Shown here piece after piece: positions 46,452 to 60,204 of a DNA stretch of 64,000 bases. The position numbers were made by a program, and so were the translations under genes. Every line of letters starts with the position of its first letter. The first letter of the stretch is position 1. Origin of the DNA: Macrostomum lignano. Its lineage: Eukaryota. The notes beneath the pieces were generated by a model, which was given only the letters and a program-made list of their open reading frames with translations, was not told where the DNA came from and did not search any database. The stretch is taken from positions 1 through 64,000 of the forward strand of contig NIVC01001830.1 of the NCBI GenBank assembly GCA_002269645.1, in the 5' to 3' direction.

Positions 46452-46940
46452 ACTGAATATAATCACAGTCAAGATAATCACAGTCAAGATAATCACAGTC
46501 AAGATAATCACAGTCAGGATAATCACAGTCAGGATAATCACAGTCAAGATAATCACAGCCAGTATAATCTCAGTCAGGATAATCTCAGTCAGGATAATCT
46601 CAGTCAGGATAATCACAGCCAGGATATTCTCAGTCAGGATAATCTCAGTCAGGATAATCTCAGTCAGGATAATCTCAGTCAGGATAATCTCAGTCAGGAT
46701 AATCTCAGTCAGGATAATCACAGCCAGGATAATCACAGTCAGGATAATCACAGTCAAGATAATCACAGCCAGTATAATCTCAGTCAGGATAATCTCAGTC
46801 AGGATAATCTCAGTCAGGATAATCTCAGTAAGGATCATCTCAGTCAGGATAATCTCAGTCAGGATAATCACAGCCAGGATAATCACAGTCAGGATAATCA
46901 CAGTCAAGATAATCACAGCCAGTATAATCTCAGTCAGGAT
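46452..46940. repeat. 15-bp minisatellite
   Basis: aggataatc(a/t)cagtc repeated. Confidence 0.9.
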
Positions 46941-47144
46941 AAATGATTTTAACGTTAGTTACTGCATCGAGATAATCAGCCTATATAATCATTGTGCATT
47001 TTTTAGTTGGTGCAATTGAGAAAATCAAATGGTGAAGTATTTTTTTACAATGCTAAAATTGTTTATAAATAACAGTCCTACATCCTGCAGTTCACAGTGC
47101 ATTCCACTCTGATATCTCAGGGGGGAATCATCATTCCATATTTA

Positions 47145-50100
47145 TTAAACGGCTTTCTCTTGCTCGTCGTCTTCAGCCTGGGCGAGCTCTTCGAGGTCCA
47201 CGGCCGTGGACATGCGGCTGCGTCGACGCAGTCGGATGGTCTCCTCCAATTTCTGCTCGGGCAGCAGGTCGTCCAGCAGGCGGAGCTCATTCCTGGTGAA
47301 CACGTAGTCCAGCAGCTTGCGGGCGAAGCACAGTGACAGCACCATCAGTGGGAAGGCGATGCTGATCAGGGAGATCTTCTTGACGACCCACAGCAGAGCG
47401 AAGCAGCCCAGCTGGATGCCGGTGAACAGGTGCACTCGCCACAGCTTCACCTCTCTGAGGGCCGGCCGGGGTGAAGTCACTCTCAGATAGTCACTCTCAA
47501 TAATTCTCTGTCAGATAGTCACTCTCAATAAGTCACTCTCAGATAGTCACTCTCAATAATTCTCTGTCAGATAGTCACTCTCAATAAGTCACTCTCAGAT
47601 AGTCAGTCCCGATAAGCCACAGTCAGTTAGATACTACTCTCATCCTCATCCAACCTAATCACTCCAACCCGGTCACTCCAACCCAGTCACTCCAACCTAG
47701 TCACTCCAACCTAGTCACTCCAACTTAGTCACTCCAACCTAGTCACTCCAACCCAGTCACTCCAACCTAGTCACTCCAACCAAGTCACTCCAACCCAATC
47801 ACTCCAACCCAGTCACTCCAACCCAGTCACTCACCGCAGGCATGCCATATCGGGCTGGTTCTTTCTCGGCTGCAGCAGCAGCAGGAACCGGTCGAACAGC
47901 TGCATGCCGTTAAGCGAGGCGACGCCCATGAACAGGAACACTCCGTACAGCACTGGCATGGGGATGTGGCGCAGCAGCGGCGACATGAACACCGACAGGC
48001 CGATGCACAGGAACACCAGCAAGCCGGTCACTCGGTTCTCCCGGCAGCCGAGCAGCACGGGCCTTTCGCCTGGCGCGGTGCACTCACTCTCCTCGCGCAG
48101 GCTGAGCACGTGATTGATTGACAGCACAGTGGCGGCTACGAACCACGGCAGGCCCAGGGCCGAGTTGATGGCTATGCATACCGCCACAACCTGAGGGATT
48201 GAGCAGTTGCTGGGTTGCAGATTGCTGGGGCTTCGGATTAGTGGGTTGCGGATTAGTGGGTTGCGGATTAGTGGGTTGCGGATTAGTGGGTTGCGGATTA
48301 GTGGTTTAGGGTTTGTGGGTTGCGGATTAGTGGGTTGCGGATTAGTGGTTTAAGGATTAGTGGGTTGTGGATTAGTGGGTTGAGGATTAGTGGGTTGCGG
48401 ATTAGTGAGTTGCGGATTAGTGGATTGTGGATTAGTGGGTTGCGGATTAGTGGATTGTGGATTAGTGGGTTGAGGATTAGTGGGTTTCGGATTAGTGGGT
48501 TGTGGATTAGTGAATTGTGGATTAGTGGGTTGCGGATTAGTAGGTTGTGGATTAGTGAATTGTGGATTAGTGGGTTGCGGATTAATGGGTTTTGGATTAG
48601 TGGGTAGTGGATTAGTGGGTAGTGGATTGGTGGGTTGCGGATTAATGGGTAGCGGTTTAGTGGGTTGTATGGATTAGAGAGTTGCGGATTAGTGGGTTGT
48701 GGATTAGTGGGTTTGGATTAGTGAGTTTTGGATTAGTGGGTTGAGGATAAGTGGATTGCGGATTAGTGGGTTGTATGGATTAGAGAGTTGCGGATTAGTG
48801 GGTTGTGGATTAGTGGGTTGCGGATTAGTGGGTTGCGGATTAGTGGGTTGCGGATTAGTGGGTTGCGGATTAGTGAGTTGCGGATTAGTGGATTGTGGAT
48901 TAGTGGATTGTGGATTAGTGGATTGGGGTGATCTAAAGTGCAGCTGCAGCCTTACCAGCAGATCCAGGTGAAAGCCAGCACCCTTGCGCATTTTGTTTTC
49001 GCGCCTGTTGACAATCACGCTGGTGATCTGCTGGTCCAGAAACACCAGGATGGTGGCGAGCAAGGCGGGGCCGATGGCGATGAGCGACGTGAACCAGGGA
49101 TTGTTGCCAAAGGGGCGAACCACCCAGCCGCGGTAGGTGTAGCCCAGGGTCGGCTCGAAACTCACTGGGATCAGCAGCTTCGGGGTGTGCAGATCTGGCA
49201 CCGTGAGCAGTTCGAGTGGGTCAGCGGTGATGGAGCAGCTTTGCTATTCACAGCATTGTCCAATGTCCATTCACAGCTTTGCTATTCACAGCATTGTCCA
49301 ATGTCCATTCACAGCTTTGCCATTCACAGCATTGTCCATTCACAGCTTTGCCATTAACAGCATTGTCCAATGTCCATTCACAGCTTTGCCATTCACAGCA
49401 TTGTCCATTCACAGCTTTGCCATTCACAGCATTGTCCATTCACAGCTTTGCCATTCACAGCATTGTCCAATGTCCATTCACAGCTTTGCCATTCACAGCA
49501 TTGTCCATTCACAGCTTTGCCATTAAAAGCATTGTCCAATGTCCATTCACAGCTTTGCCATTCACAGCATTGTCCATTCAAAGCTTTGCCATTCACAGCA
49601 TTGTCCAATGTCCATTCACAGCTTTGCCATTCACAGCATTGTCCATTCACAGCTTTGCCATTAACAGCATTGTCCATTCACAGCTTTGCCATTCACAGCA
49701 TTGTCCAATGTCCATTCACAGCTTTGCCATTCACAGCATTGTCCATTCACAGCTTTGCCATTCACAGCATTGTCCAATGTCCATTCACAGCTTTGCCATT
49801 CACAGCATTGTCCATTCACAGCTTTGCCATTCACAGCATTGTCCAATGTCCATTCACAGCTTTGCCATTCACAGCTTTGCCATTCACAGCATTGTCCAAT
49901 GTCCATTCACAGCTTTGCCATTCACAGCATTGTCCATTCACAGCTTTGCCATTAACAGCATTGTCCAATGTCCATTCACAGCTTTGCCATTCACAGCATT
50001 GTCCATTCACAGCTTTGCCATTCACAGCTTTGCCATTCACAGCTTTGCCATTCACAGCTTTGCCATTCACAGCTTTGTCCATTCACAGCATTGTCCATTC

Positions 50101-53100
50101 ACAGCTTTGCCATTCACAGCATTGTCCATTCACAGCTTTGTCATTCTCAGCTTTGTCATTCACAGCTTTGTCATTCACAGCAATGCTCATTCACAGCTTT
50201 GTCACTCACAAATGCTTCTCACAGAGCTCACAGTTCGAGCAATAGGCTGTGAGCTCCAACCCCGTCAGCTTCAACCTCTTAGCTCCAACCTTTTAGCTCC
50301 ACCCCCTCAGCTCCAACCCTCTCAGCTCCAACTCCTCAGCTCAAACTCCTCAGCTCCAACTCCTCAGCTCAAACTCCTCAGCTCAAACTCCTCAGCTCAA
50401 ACTCCTCAGCTCAAACTCCTCAGCTCAAACTCCTCAGCTCCAACTCCTCAGCTCCAACTCCTCAGCTCCAACTCCTCAGCTCAAACTCCTCAGCTCCAAC
50501 TCCTCAGCTCCAACTCCTCAGCTCCAACCCTCAGCTCCAACCCCCTCAGCTCCAACTTCTCAGCTCCAACTCCTCAGCTCCAACCCCCTCAGCTCCAACC
50601 CCCTCAGCTCCAACTTCTCAGCTCCAACTCCTCAGCTCCAACCCCCTCAGCTCCAACTCCTCAGTTCCAACCCCCTCAGCTCCAACTCCTCAGCTCCAAC
50701 CCCCTCAGCTCCAACCCTTGAGCTCCAACTCACCCATGATGTAGTCGACGGAGGTGACCACGCAGATGGCGATCATGACGGCAAAGTCGGAGATGAGGCG
50801 GCGGACGAAGGTGGGGAACAAACTGCTGGCCCGGGCCTTCTTCAGCGTGTAGCAGAGGAAGAACGTGGCAATGAAAAGCAGGCAGGAGAAGAAGAAAACG
50901 TCCGGCACGTTGAAGAGTCCGCAGCCGCGGCCGACCCAGACTCCGCCGTATTTCGGACAGGTCCTCCAGAACAGGTCGTGGTCCCAGGAATAGTAGTCCA
51001 TGGCGCTGAAGTTCGCCACGGTGACGTTGCCGTCCCGGTAGGTCGGCAGCTGGCGGGCCATCTTGGGCGGCACGGGGATGAGCTCGGTGAGGTTGTCATT
51101 GGGCAAGCACTCGCACTCCACTATGACCTCCTGCTTCGGGTGCCAGTACTTGTTCACCGGGTAGTCCGACGAGATCTTGAACAGCTTGGCGAGCGCCTCG
51201 TAGACGAAGATGACAGCTATGAGCAGGGCGAAGCTCTCCTCCGTGAACCTGGTGATGTACTTCACCAGGTAGCTGAGGTCAAGGGCGACCGTCACCAATA
51301 GAAGGAGAGCCGTCCACATGCCGATCCACCAGCGGAATGGCAGGTAGTCCCAGTGGTAGCGGTCGCACATTTTGAATACTATGGTTTCAAAAACCAGCAC
51401 CTGAGAGAGGAAGGTGGGGGGGGGCGATCTGTGTCTCATTGCAATGTATCTGGGTCCGCCTAGGACAGCTAAATCATAGAAATAATCCAGCCAACATCCT
51501 GGATTAGGCCAACAACGATCTTATTAATACATGTGTATCATTTTACGCCATCAGCATCCTTAAGTAACATCAAAATCCTTGAGCAGCATCAACATCCTTG
51601 AGCACCATCAATATCCTTGAGCACCATCAACATCCTTGAGCACCATCAACATCCTTGAGCACCATCAATATCCTTGAGCACCATCAATATCCTTGAGCAC
51701 CATCAATATCCTTGAGCACCATCAGCATCCTTCCGCAACATCAAAATCTTTGAGCAGCATAAACATCCTTGAGCAGCATAAACATCCTTGAGAACCATCA
51801 GTATCCTTGAGCACTATCAACATCCTTGAGCACCATCAGCATCCTTGAGCACTTATCAACATCCTTGAACACCATTGATCAGCATCCTTGAGCACCATCA
51901 GCATCCTTGAGCACTATCAAAATCTTTCAACACCATTGATCAGCATCCTTGAGCACTATCAGCATCCTTGAGTAGCATCATCAAACATCCCTGAGCATCA
52001 TCAGCATCCTTGAGTAGCATCATCAAACATTCCTGAGCATCATCAGCATCCTTGAGTAGCATCATCAAACATTCCTGAGCATTATCAGCATCCTTGAGTA
52101 GCATCATCAAACATTCCTGAGCATCATCAGCATCCTTGAGTAGCATCATCAAACGTCCCTGAGCATCATCAACATCCTTGAGTAGCATCATCAAACGTCC
52201 CCGAGGACCATCAACATCCTTGAGCACCATCAGTATTGCCTGTAACAATCCCTAACCATCCCCATCCTCACCGGTCCCGTAGATCCCAGAATGGTGAGCG
52301 GTTGTCCAGCAAACAAAGCGTATGAGACGCCGCAGATGAGGCCGGAGAGGATGCTCTCCATGGCGCCAAGGTAGCCGTTTGTGGCGTCGCTCAGCATGCC
52401 ACCGAAGGTGATGATGGGGGCGATGCAGGCAAAGTAGATGAAGAAAAACGAGCCGATCGTCTGGGGATGCAGCGCGTCCAGGAAGTCGCTTTTGTACCTG
52501 GAGTAAGGGGGGCGATTTGGTTTCATGGGGCGACTGATCACCTGCCTAATACTTCACCCTGTCTGTCACTCCAGGTCGGTCACTCTAATCTGTCACTCTG
52601 ATCTGTCACTCCAATCTGTCACTCTAATCTGTCACTCACTTTGATCTGTCACTCTAATCTGTCACTCCAATCGGTCTTCAAATCTGTCTCTCCAATTTGT
52701 CACTCCAATCGGTCACTCAAATCTGTCACTCCAATCGGTCACTCTAATCGGTCACTCATATCGGTCACTCCAATCGGTCACTCTAATCTGTCACTCTAAT
52801 CTGTCACTCACTTTGATCTGTCACTCTAATCTGTCACTCCAATCGGTCTTCAAATCTGTCTCTCCAATTTGTCACTCCAATCGGTCACTCAAATCTGTCA
52901 CTCCAATCGGTCACTCAAATCGGTCACTCCAATCGGTCACTCAAATCGGTCACTCCAATCGGTCACTCTAATCTGTCACTCCAATCGGTCACTCAAATCG
53001 GTCACTCAATCTCTCACTCTAATCTCTTGCTCTGATCTGTCACTCACTCTGATCTGTCACTCAAGCCTTACTCAAGCCTTGTCACTCGACTTACCAAGGC

Positions 53101-55424
53101 GCTCGGCGCTTTATGTCTTGAACCAGGCCGCCAAAGAGACGGCCAGTTCGCTGGAGCCCCTCAGCCTCGCCGTGCTCCACCACCGCCGGCTCCTGCGGCT
53201 CCTTCTGATCCGCGTGGCGGTGCTCGGTGTTCGGCTTCTCCATCGGCGGTGGAATTCGATCGGTCAGGGAGCAGCCGATGGGGGGCAGGATGCTGGAGCA
53301 CTTCAGGAACTCGTCCACACCAGCGATGAGCTCCACCTGCGGAGTTTTTCAATTCTAGCACTCCTGAATATTGTCACTCTCTCTCTGTCTGGCACTCCTG
53401 AATATTGTCACTCTCTCTCTGTCTGGCACTCCTGAATATTGTCACTCTCTCTCTGTCTGGCACTCCTGAATATTGTCACTCTCTCTCTGTCTGGCACTCC
53501 TGAATATTTTCACTCTCTCTGTCTGGCACTCCTGAATATTGTCACTCTCTCTCTGTCTGGCACTCCTGAATATTGTCACTCTCTCTGTCTGTATTTGGCA
53601 CTCCTGAATATTGTCACTCTCTCTGTCTGTATTTGGCACTCCTAGACACTGTCGCTCCTTCAAGAGACTCTCAAAGCCTTAAAATTTGCCCATTCCACCT
53701 CAGACACGTGAGGACTCTCTGACACAAAATTCATATCGATTAGGCAACTTTGTCACCCAGAGTGCCTTTTCGTTTCCCTCTGTTGTCCCTCAGACCCTGT
53801 CACTCACCTTGCTATTGGCCAGATAGGCCACCTTGTGAAATATTTCGTCAGTCATCAGGGTGGCAACCGCCTTAGCAACCAACACGAGGTCCGACAGGGC
53901 GCTGGGCTTCGGACCCAACAGCAGGTAGAGAAACCGGATGGGCAGATCGATTTCCATCAGCGGCTCGTCCTTCAGCGGCTGCTCCAGCCTGACGAACACC
54001 GAGACGGGCGCTCGGAGAGTCTGCACCGCGCCCACCATGATCGAGCAGCCCTCCGCATCTTTGTGCACCTTCTTTCTGTACTTCTTGTTCGTCTTGCGCC
54101 CGGCATTCTCCTCGTCCTCTGCAATGGTAGTTGAAGTTCTAGACTGGTCACTCTGTTCTAGACTGGTCACTCTGTTCTAGACTGGTCACTCTTTTCTAGA
54201 CTGGTCACTCTGTTTTAGACTGATCACTCTGTTCTAGACTGGTCACTCTGTTCTAGACTGGTCACTCTGTTCTAGACTGGTCACTTTGTTCTAGACTAGT
54301 CACTCTGTTCTAGTATGGTCACTCTGTTCTAGTCTAGTCACTGTTCTAGACTGGTCACTCTGTTCTAGTCTGGTCACTCTGTTCTAGACTGGTCACTCTG
54401 TTCTAGACTGGTAACTCTGTTCTAGACTGGTCACTCTGTTCTAGTCTGGTCACTCTGTTCTAGACTAGTCACTCTGTTCTAGACTGGTCACTCTGTTCTA
54501 GACTAGTCACTCTGTTCTAGTATGGTCACTCTGTTCTAGACTGGTCACTCTGTTCTAGACAAGTCACTCTGTTCTAGACTGGTCACTGTTCTAGACTGGT
54601 CACTCTGTTCTAGACTGGACACTCTGTTCTAGACTGGTCACTCTTTTCTAGACTGGTCACTCTGTTCTAGACAAGTCACTCTGTTCTAGACTGGTCACTC
54701 TGTTCTAGACAAGTCACTCTGTTCTAGACTGGTCACTCTGTTCTAGACTGGTCACTCTGTTCTAGACTGGTCACTCTGTTCTAGTATGGTCACTCTGTTC
54801 TAGACTGGTCACTCTGTTCTAGTATGGTCACTCTGTTCTTGACTGGTAAGTCTGTTCTAGTCTGGTAATTCTGTTCTAGACTGGTCACTCGGTTCTACAC
54901 TGGTATGCTCTAGACTGGTCACTCCAGAATAGTCACTCTGACTGTCACTCACTGTCCTCAACTTTCTCGACGAAGTTGATGTGCCGGGTGAGCAGCAGCC
55001 GCTTGACCTCCTCAGCGGCGTCCGTGCCCAGCCGGCTGACCAGGTTGGCTTCGACCTCCTCGGCGATGCGCTTCAGTCCGCCCGCTGCCGCGGGTCCGTC
55101 GTCGCTGTCAACCTTCATCAGCAAGGTGAGCCCACTGTCCAGCTGCCGGCGAGCCTCCATCACTGAGAAAGGCGACAGCACCGGCACGTAGGGGACGCTC
55201 CATCGATTGCCGGTCACCTCGAGCTCCTCTTCGAATTTTATCCAGCGAAACTTTTCCCGCCAGACCTGCGTGAGGGACAGGCCGTCCGGGCCCGGCACCG
55301 AGTTCAGCTGGTCCAGCTGGCAGAACAGCGGCCTGACGGAGGTGGCCTCGCAGCAGGCCTCCTTGGCCAGCAGGTCGCGAACGAACTCGGCTGGGTCTGG
55401 TGGGGGCGGGCGGCGACGCAATAA
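47145..55424 (-). CDS. SLC4: SLC4-family (Na+-coupled-type) bicarbonate transporter; at least 8 exons: ~55424-54953, ~54140-53809, ~53340-53095, ~52500-52272, ~51401-50733, ~49195-48955, ~48192-47834, ~47470-47145
   Basis: Band-3 cytoplasmic motifs ([20 protein letters not shown]), [65 protein letters not shown]; cysteine-rich extracellular loop; GT-AG junctions. First exon not resolved. Confidence 0.93.
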
Positions 55425-55860
55425 CTTGTCACTCTAGGCTATCTTGTCACTCTAGGATATCTTGTCACTCTAGGCTATCTTGTCACTCAAGGCTATCGTG
55501 TCACTCTAGGCTATCTTGTCACTCTAGGCTATCTTGTCACTCTAGGATATCGTGTCACTCTAGGCTATCTTGTCACTCTAGGCTATCTTGTCACTCTAGG
55601 CTATCTTGTCACTCTAGGCTATCTTGTCACTCTAGGCTATCTTGTCACTCTGACGAAGCTCGTACGAGATGTTTTCAATCGTTTAAATCTGTTAATCTCA
55701 TGAGTCTTATCACTCTTCTAGATCTGGTCACTCTTCTAGATCTGGTCACTCTTCTACGAGCGTAGATCTGTTCACTCTTCTACGAGCGTAGATCTGTTCA
55801 CTCTTCTACGAGCGTAGATCTGTTCACTCTTCTACGAGCGTAGATCTGTTCACTCTTTAG
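47480..55860. repeat. Series of distinct intronic minisatellites within the SLC4 gene
   Basis: Arrays at ~47480-47830, 48210-48930, 49240-50200, 50270-50720, 51570-52230, 52560-53060, 53350-53640, 54140-54940 and 55430-55860. Confidence 0.9.
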
Positions 55861-56373
55861 AATTTTTTCACTCGCATAACTCTTGTCACTCTAAGGAATC
55901 TTGGGACTCCTCTGAATGGCATCACTCGTATGCTATTATTAATTTTTTGTCACTCTCTATGACGGACGCAAGTAAGCAATAATGGCATCAATGTACGAGT
56001 ATAAAAACCATACCAGTGGTCGACTGCTGCTGTGGCTGCTGTGGCTGCTGTGGCTGCTGTGGCGGCTGTGAAGGATCAACAGATGCAACCCGGAAGTAAG
56101 CCGGCTTGTAGCTTGACATGACAAGTAAATTCACAGATAGCTAATTACTATTGAAATAATTTACTAAACTGAGGCACCCCAGTGTTTTCTATCGTCTTTT
56201 TTTATTGTCTTCTCGCGTCAGTCGGTTGAAAACGTTTGAGTAGCTCCAGGCCTTGAGCTGTGTATGCATGCCCCTGTGTATATATAGTGCTCACATCTCG
56301 CCGTCCGCGAGCACCACCCGCCTGCCTGCTCAGACCTGCTCCGGAGCGGTTTGAAGTGGAGAACGGTCGAGCG

Positions 56374-56429
<56 letters not shown>

Positions 56430-56849
56430 CAAAGTCTAGATTTTCCTAGAAGTTAAGACAGCAAACTGGCAGCAGCTCTGTGTGTCAGTCAGGCAATGTT
56501 TTCTGGGCATTATAGAACGGCACAATAGCATTGATGAGCAGTTGCTCCCTGCCTTTACACATCAGCGACCCCCCCCTACTCTTCAACTACTGTTTTTGGG
56601 TGTGCGGTGTGCACGGAGTCACAGGCTGACAGCAGGTGGTTTTACCTTTCAGAGAGACTTGCCCCGTATACTGTGCAACTCTGTACCTGTCCAGGTGTAG
56701 GCAATGCAGCTCGTATATTGTTGTCTTTGATTCATTCATTCTCTATGGCTTAAGCTCAATTTGCTTGGCCTGGTCTTTAAGTAGGACTTTAGTGCCAAGC
56801 TTTTTATTGTGCCTGTTATACTGTGAATAGCTAGAAATGGACGCTATGA

Positions 56850-57350
56850 CAATGATTAGGTCAGTATCAGAGCACAGAGCACCACTATGACACACTGATT
56901 AGGTCAGTATCAGAGCACAGAGCACCATTATGACACACTGATTAAGTCAGTATCAGAGCACAGAGCACCACTATGACACACTGATTAGGTCAGTATCAGA
57001 GCACAGAGCACCACTATGACACACTGATTAGGTCAGTATCAGAGCACAGAGCACCACTATGACACACTGATTAGGTCAGTATCAGAGCACCACTATGACA
57101 CACTGATTAGGTCAGTATCAGAGCACAGAGCACCACTATGACACACTGATTAGGTCAGTATCAGAGCACCACTATGACACACTGATTAGGTCAGTATCAG
57201 AGCACAGAGCACCACTATGACACACTGATTAGGTCAGTATCAGAGCACCACTATGACACACTGATTAGGTCAGTATCAGAGCACAGAGCACCACTATGAC
57301 ACACTGATTAGGTCAGTATCAGAGCACCACTATGACACACTGATTAGGTC
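56850..57350. repeat. 43-bp minisatellite with 36-bp variants
   Basis: gattaggtcagtatcagagcac(agagcac)cactatgacacact repeated. Confidence 0.9.
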
Positions 57351-57684
57351 AGGTATATCCAGGAAAAGCACTACAAACAGATAAACAATGAAGCAATTAA
57401 TTTAAACACGAATACTTTGCTTAGGAATTAATTTGGCTCTATTGTTCTCGAGCCGAACTGGTCACCTGCCAGTTTGAAAAGCTGCAGTTTTAAACTCTCT
57501 GCTATTTTTAGAATTTTTATTAATAAAGAGCAGCTTGACCCTCGGACTCGAATCAAACCAGAAAAGTTGCCTCCATCATCCTTCGACTCTACCCACGGAC
57601 AATGGCAGGGCTCAATTTCATCCAGTGGTTGGGCTGGACAAAAGTATAGAAATGCAGGCTAATTCTAAATCAACTTGCAATTCA

Positions 57685-58830
57685 GGGAGAAGAGAGGGAG
57701 AGAGTGGGAGAGTGGAGAGAGGGGGAGTGAGGAGAGGGAGAGTGAGGAGAGGGAGAGTGAGGAGAGGGAGAGTGAGGAGAGGGAGAGTGGAGAGATGGAG
57801 AGTGGAGAGTGGGAGAGTGGAGAGAGGGAGAGTGGAGAGAGGGGGAGTGAGGAGAGGGGGAGTGAGGAGAGGGAGAGTGAGGAGAGGGAGAGTGAGGAGA
57901 GGGAGAGTGGAGAGATGGAGAGTGGAGAGTGGGAGAGTGGAGAGAGGGGGAGTGAGGAGAGGGAGAGTGAGGAGAGGGAGAGTGGAGAGATGGAGAGTGG
58001 AGAGTGGGAGAGTGGAGAGAGGGGGAGTGAGGAGAGGGGGAGTGAGGAGAGGGAGAGTGAGGAGAGGGAGAGTGAGGAGATGGAGAGTGGAGAGAGGGAG
58101 AGTGGAGAGAGGGAGAGTGAGGAGAGGGAGAGTGAGGAGAGGGAGAGTGAGGAGAGGGAGAGTGAGGAGAGGGAGAGTGAGGAGAGGGAGAGTGAGGAGA
58201 GGGAGAGTGGAGAGATGGAGAGTGGAGAGTGGGAGAGTGGAGAGAGGGGGAGTGAGGAGAGGGGGAGTGAGGAGAGGGAGAGTGAGGAGAGGGAGAGTGA
58301 GGAGATGGAGAGTGGAGAGAGGGAGAGTGGAGAGAGGGAGAGTGGAGAGAGGGGGAGTGAGGAGAGGGAGAGTGAGGAGAGGGAGAGTGAGGAGAGGGAG
58401 AGTGGAGAGAGGGAGAGTGAGGAGAGGGAGAGTGAGGAGAGGGAGAGTGAGGAGAGGGAGAGTGAGGAGAGGGAGAGTGGAGAGATGGAGAGTGGAGAGT
58501 GGGAGAGTGGAGAGAGGGGGAGTGAGGAGAGGGAGAGTGAGGAGAGGGAGAGTGAGGAGAGGGAGAGTGAGGAGAGGGAGAGTGAGGAGAGGGAGAGTGA
58601 GGAGAGGGAGAGTGGAGAGAGGGAGAGTGAGGAGAGGGAGAGTGAGGAGAGGGAGAGTGAGGAGAGGGAGAGTGAGGAGAGGGAGAGTGGAGAGATGGAG
58701 AGTGGAGAGTGGGAGAGTGGAGAGAGGGGGAGTGAGGAGAGGGGGAGTGAGGAGAGGGAGAGTGAGGAGATATAGAGTGGAGAGAGGGAGAGTGGAAAGA
58801 TAGAAATTGGGTAGAGGGAGAGTGGGAAGA
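57685..58830. repeat. Purine-rich 15-bp-based repeat
   Basis: gagagggagagtgag variants repeated. Confidence 0.9.
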
Positions 58831-59454
58831 CTCACTTTATGCTATGTGAGCTATGGTGCTCACAGTTGCTATGGTGCACAAGATAGAAATAAGCGCGACT
58901 ATTCAGAGTTTCTTAATCAGCTAATATTAGCTGCATAGCAACTGTCCTCATTGATGTGAAATATAAAGCAATGTGATGGCTATATTTTCACAAAGAAATG
59001 TGAACAAATCAAAAGCAGATTAAGACTGACGGTAGAGCATCAAAAGTGCAACGAATTCTTTATTAGGGAGGCAGATTGCGCGGGGTCGAAAGCCTCATCA
59101 GGCGAGCGCATTTTCAGCGCATTGATGAGGCTGCAAGTGAGGCAGCCGACTCACAATGTGCTTGCAGGCCCTTCACACAACTGCGGGGCGGCGGCGACGG
59201 CTCCAGAGCGAGCTGCCGAATGCATTGTGTCAAAACAACTGTTTACTTCGGACGCAATGCCAGCATGAACTGTGGTCAGGCATGAGGCTCTTCTTCTCTC
59301 TGCGCCTCTGGAAACGGCTTCAAACGAAAGCCTAGCCTAAAGCTGGTTTGACTATTGCCACAGAAGGAGCAGTTGTTTACAAGCTGAGTGAGCTGAGAGC
59401 TCGGCTTTTATGGAGCTTAAAGTGAATAAGTTCTGTTTGTTCTGCATCTATATG

Positions 59455-60180
59455 ACCATTCTATTCCTTCATTGATGTAGGCTAGATTAGCAATTCATTC
59501 TATTCCTTCACTGGTGTAGGCTAGATTAGCAATCCATTATATTCATTGGTGTAGGCTAGATTAGCAATCTATTCTATTCCTTCATTGATGTAGGCTAGAT
59601 TAGCAATCCATTCTATTCCTTCACTGATGTAGGCTAGATTAGCAATCCATTCTATTCCTTCACTGATGTAGGCTAGATTAGCAATCCATTCTATTCATTG
59701 GTGTAGGCTAGATTAGCAATCCATTCTATTCCTTCATTGATGTAGGCTAGATTAGCAATCCATTCTATTCCTTCATTGGTGTAGGCTAGATTAGCAATCC
59801 ATTCTATTCCTTCATTGATGTAGGCTAGATTAGCAATCCATTCTATTCATTGGTGTAGGCTAGATTAGCAATCCATTCTATTCATTGGTGTAGGCTAGAT
59901 TAGCAATCCATTCTATTCCTTCACTGATGTAGGCTAGATTAGCAATCCATTCTATTCATTGGTGTAGGCTAGATTAGCAATCCATTCTATTCCTTCATTG
60001 ATGTAGGCTAGATTAGCAATCCATTCTATTCCTTCATTGGTGTAGGCTAGATTAGCAATCCATTCTATTCCTTCATTGATGTAGGCTAGATTAGCAATCC
60101 ATTCTATTCATTGGTGTAGGCTAGATTAGCAATCCATTCTATTCATTGGTGTAGGCTAGATTAGCAATCCATTCTACTCT
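59455..60180. repeat. 39-43-bp minisatellite
   Basis: tgtaggctagattagcaatccattctattc(cttc)attg repeated. Confidence 0.9.
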
Positions 60181-60204
60181 ATCAATGATTCAGGCCAGAT
60201 CAGC

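Noticed and set aside
56014-56119. Candidate first exon of SLC4 (MSSYKPAYF...QPQQ)
   Set aside because: Its phase-1 donor does not match the phase-0 acceptor at 55424; unresolved.
59076-59285. GC-rich ORF between SLC4 and ZIP
   Set aside because: No recognisable motif or splice support.
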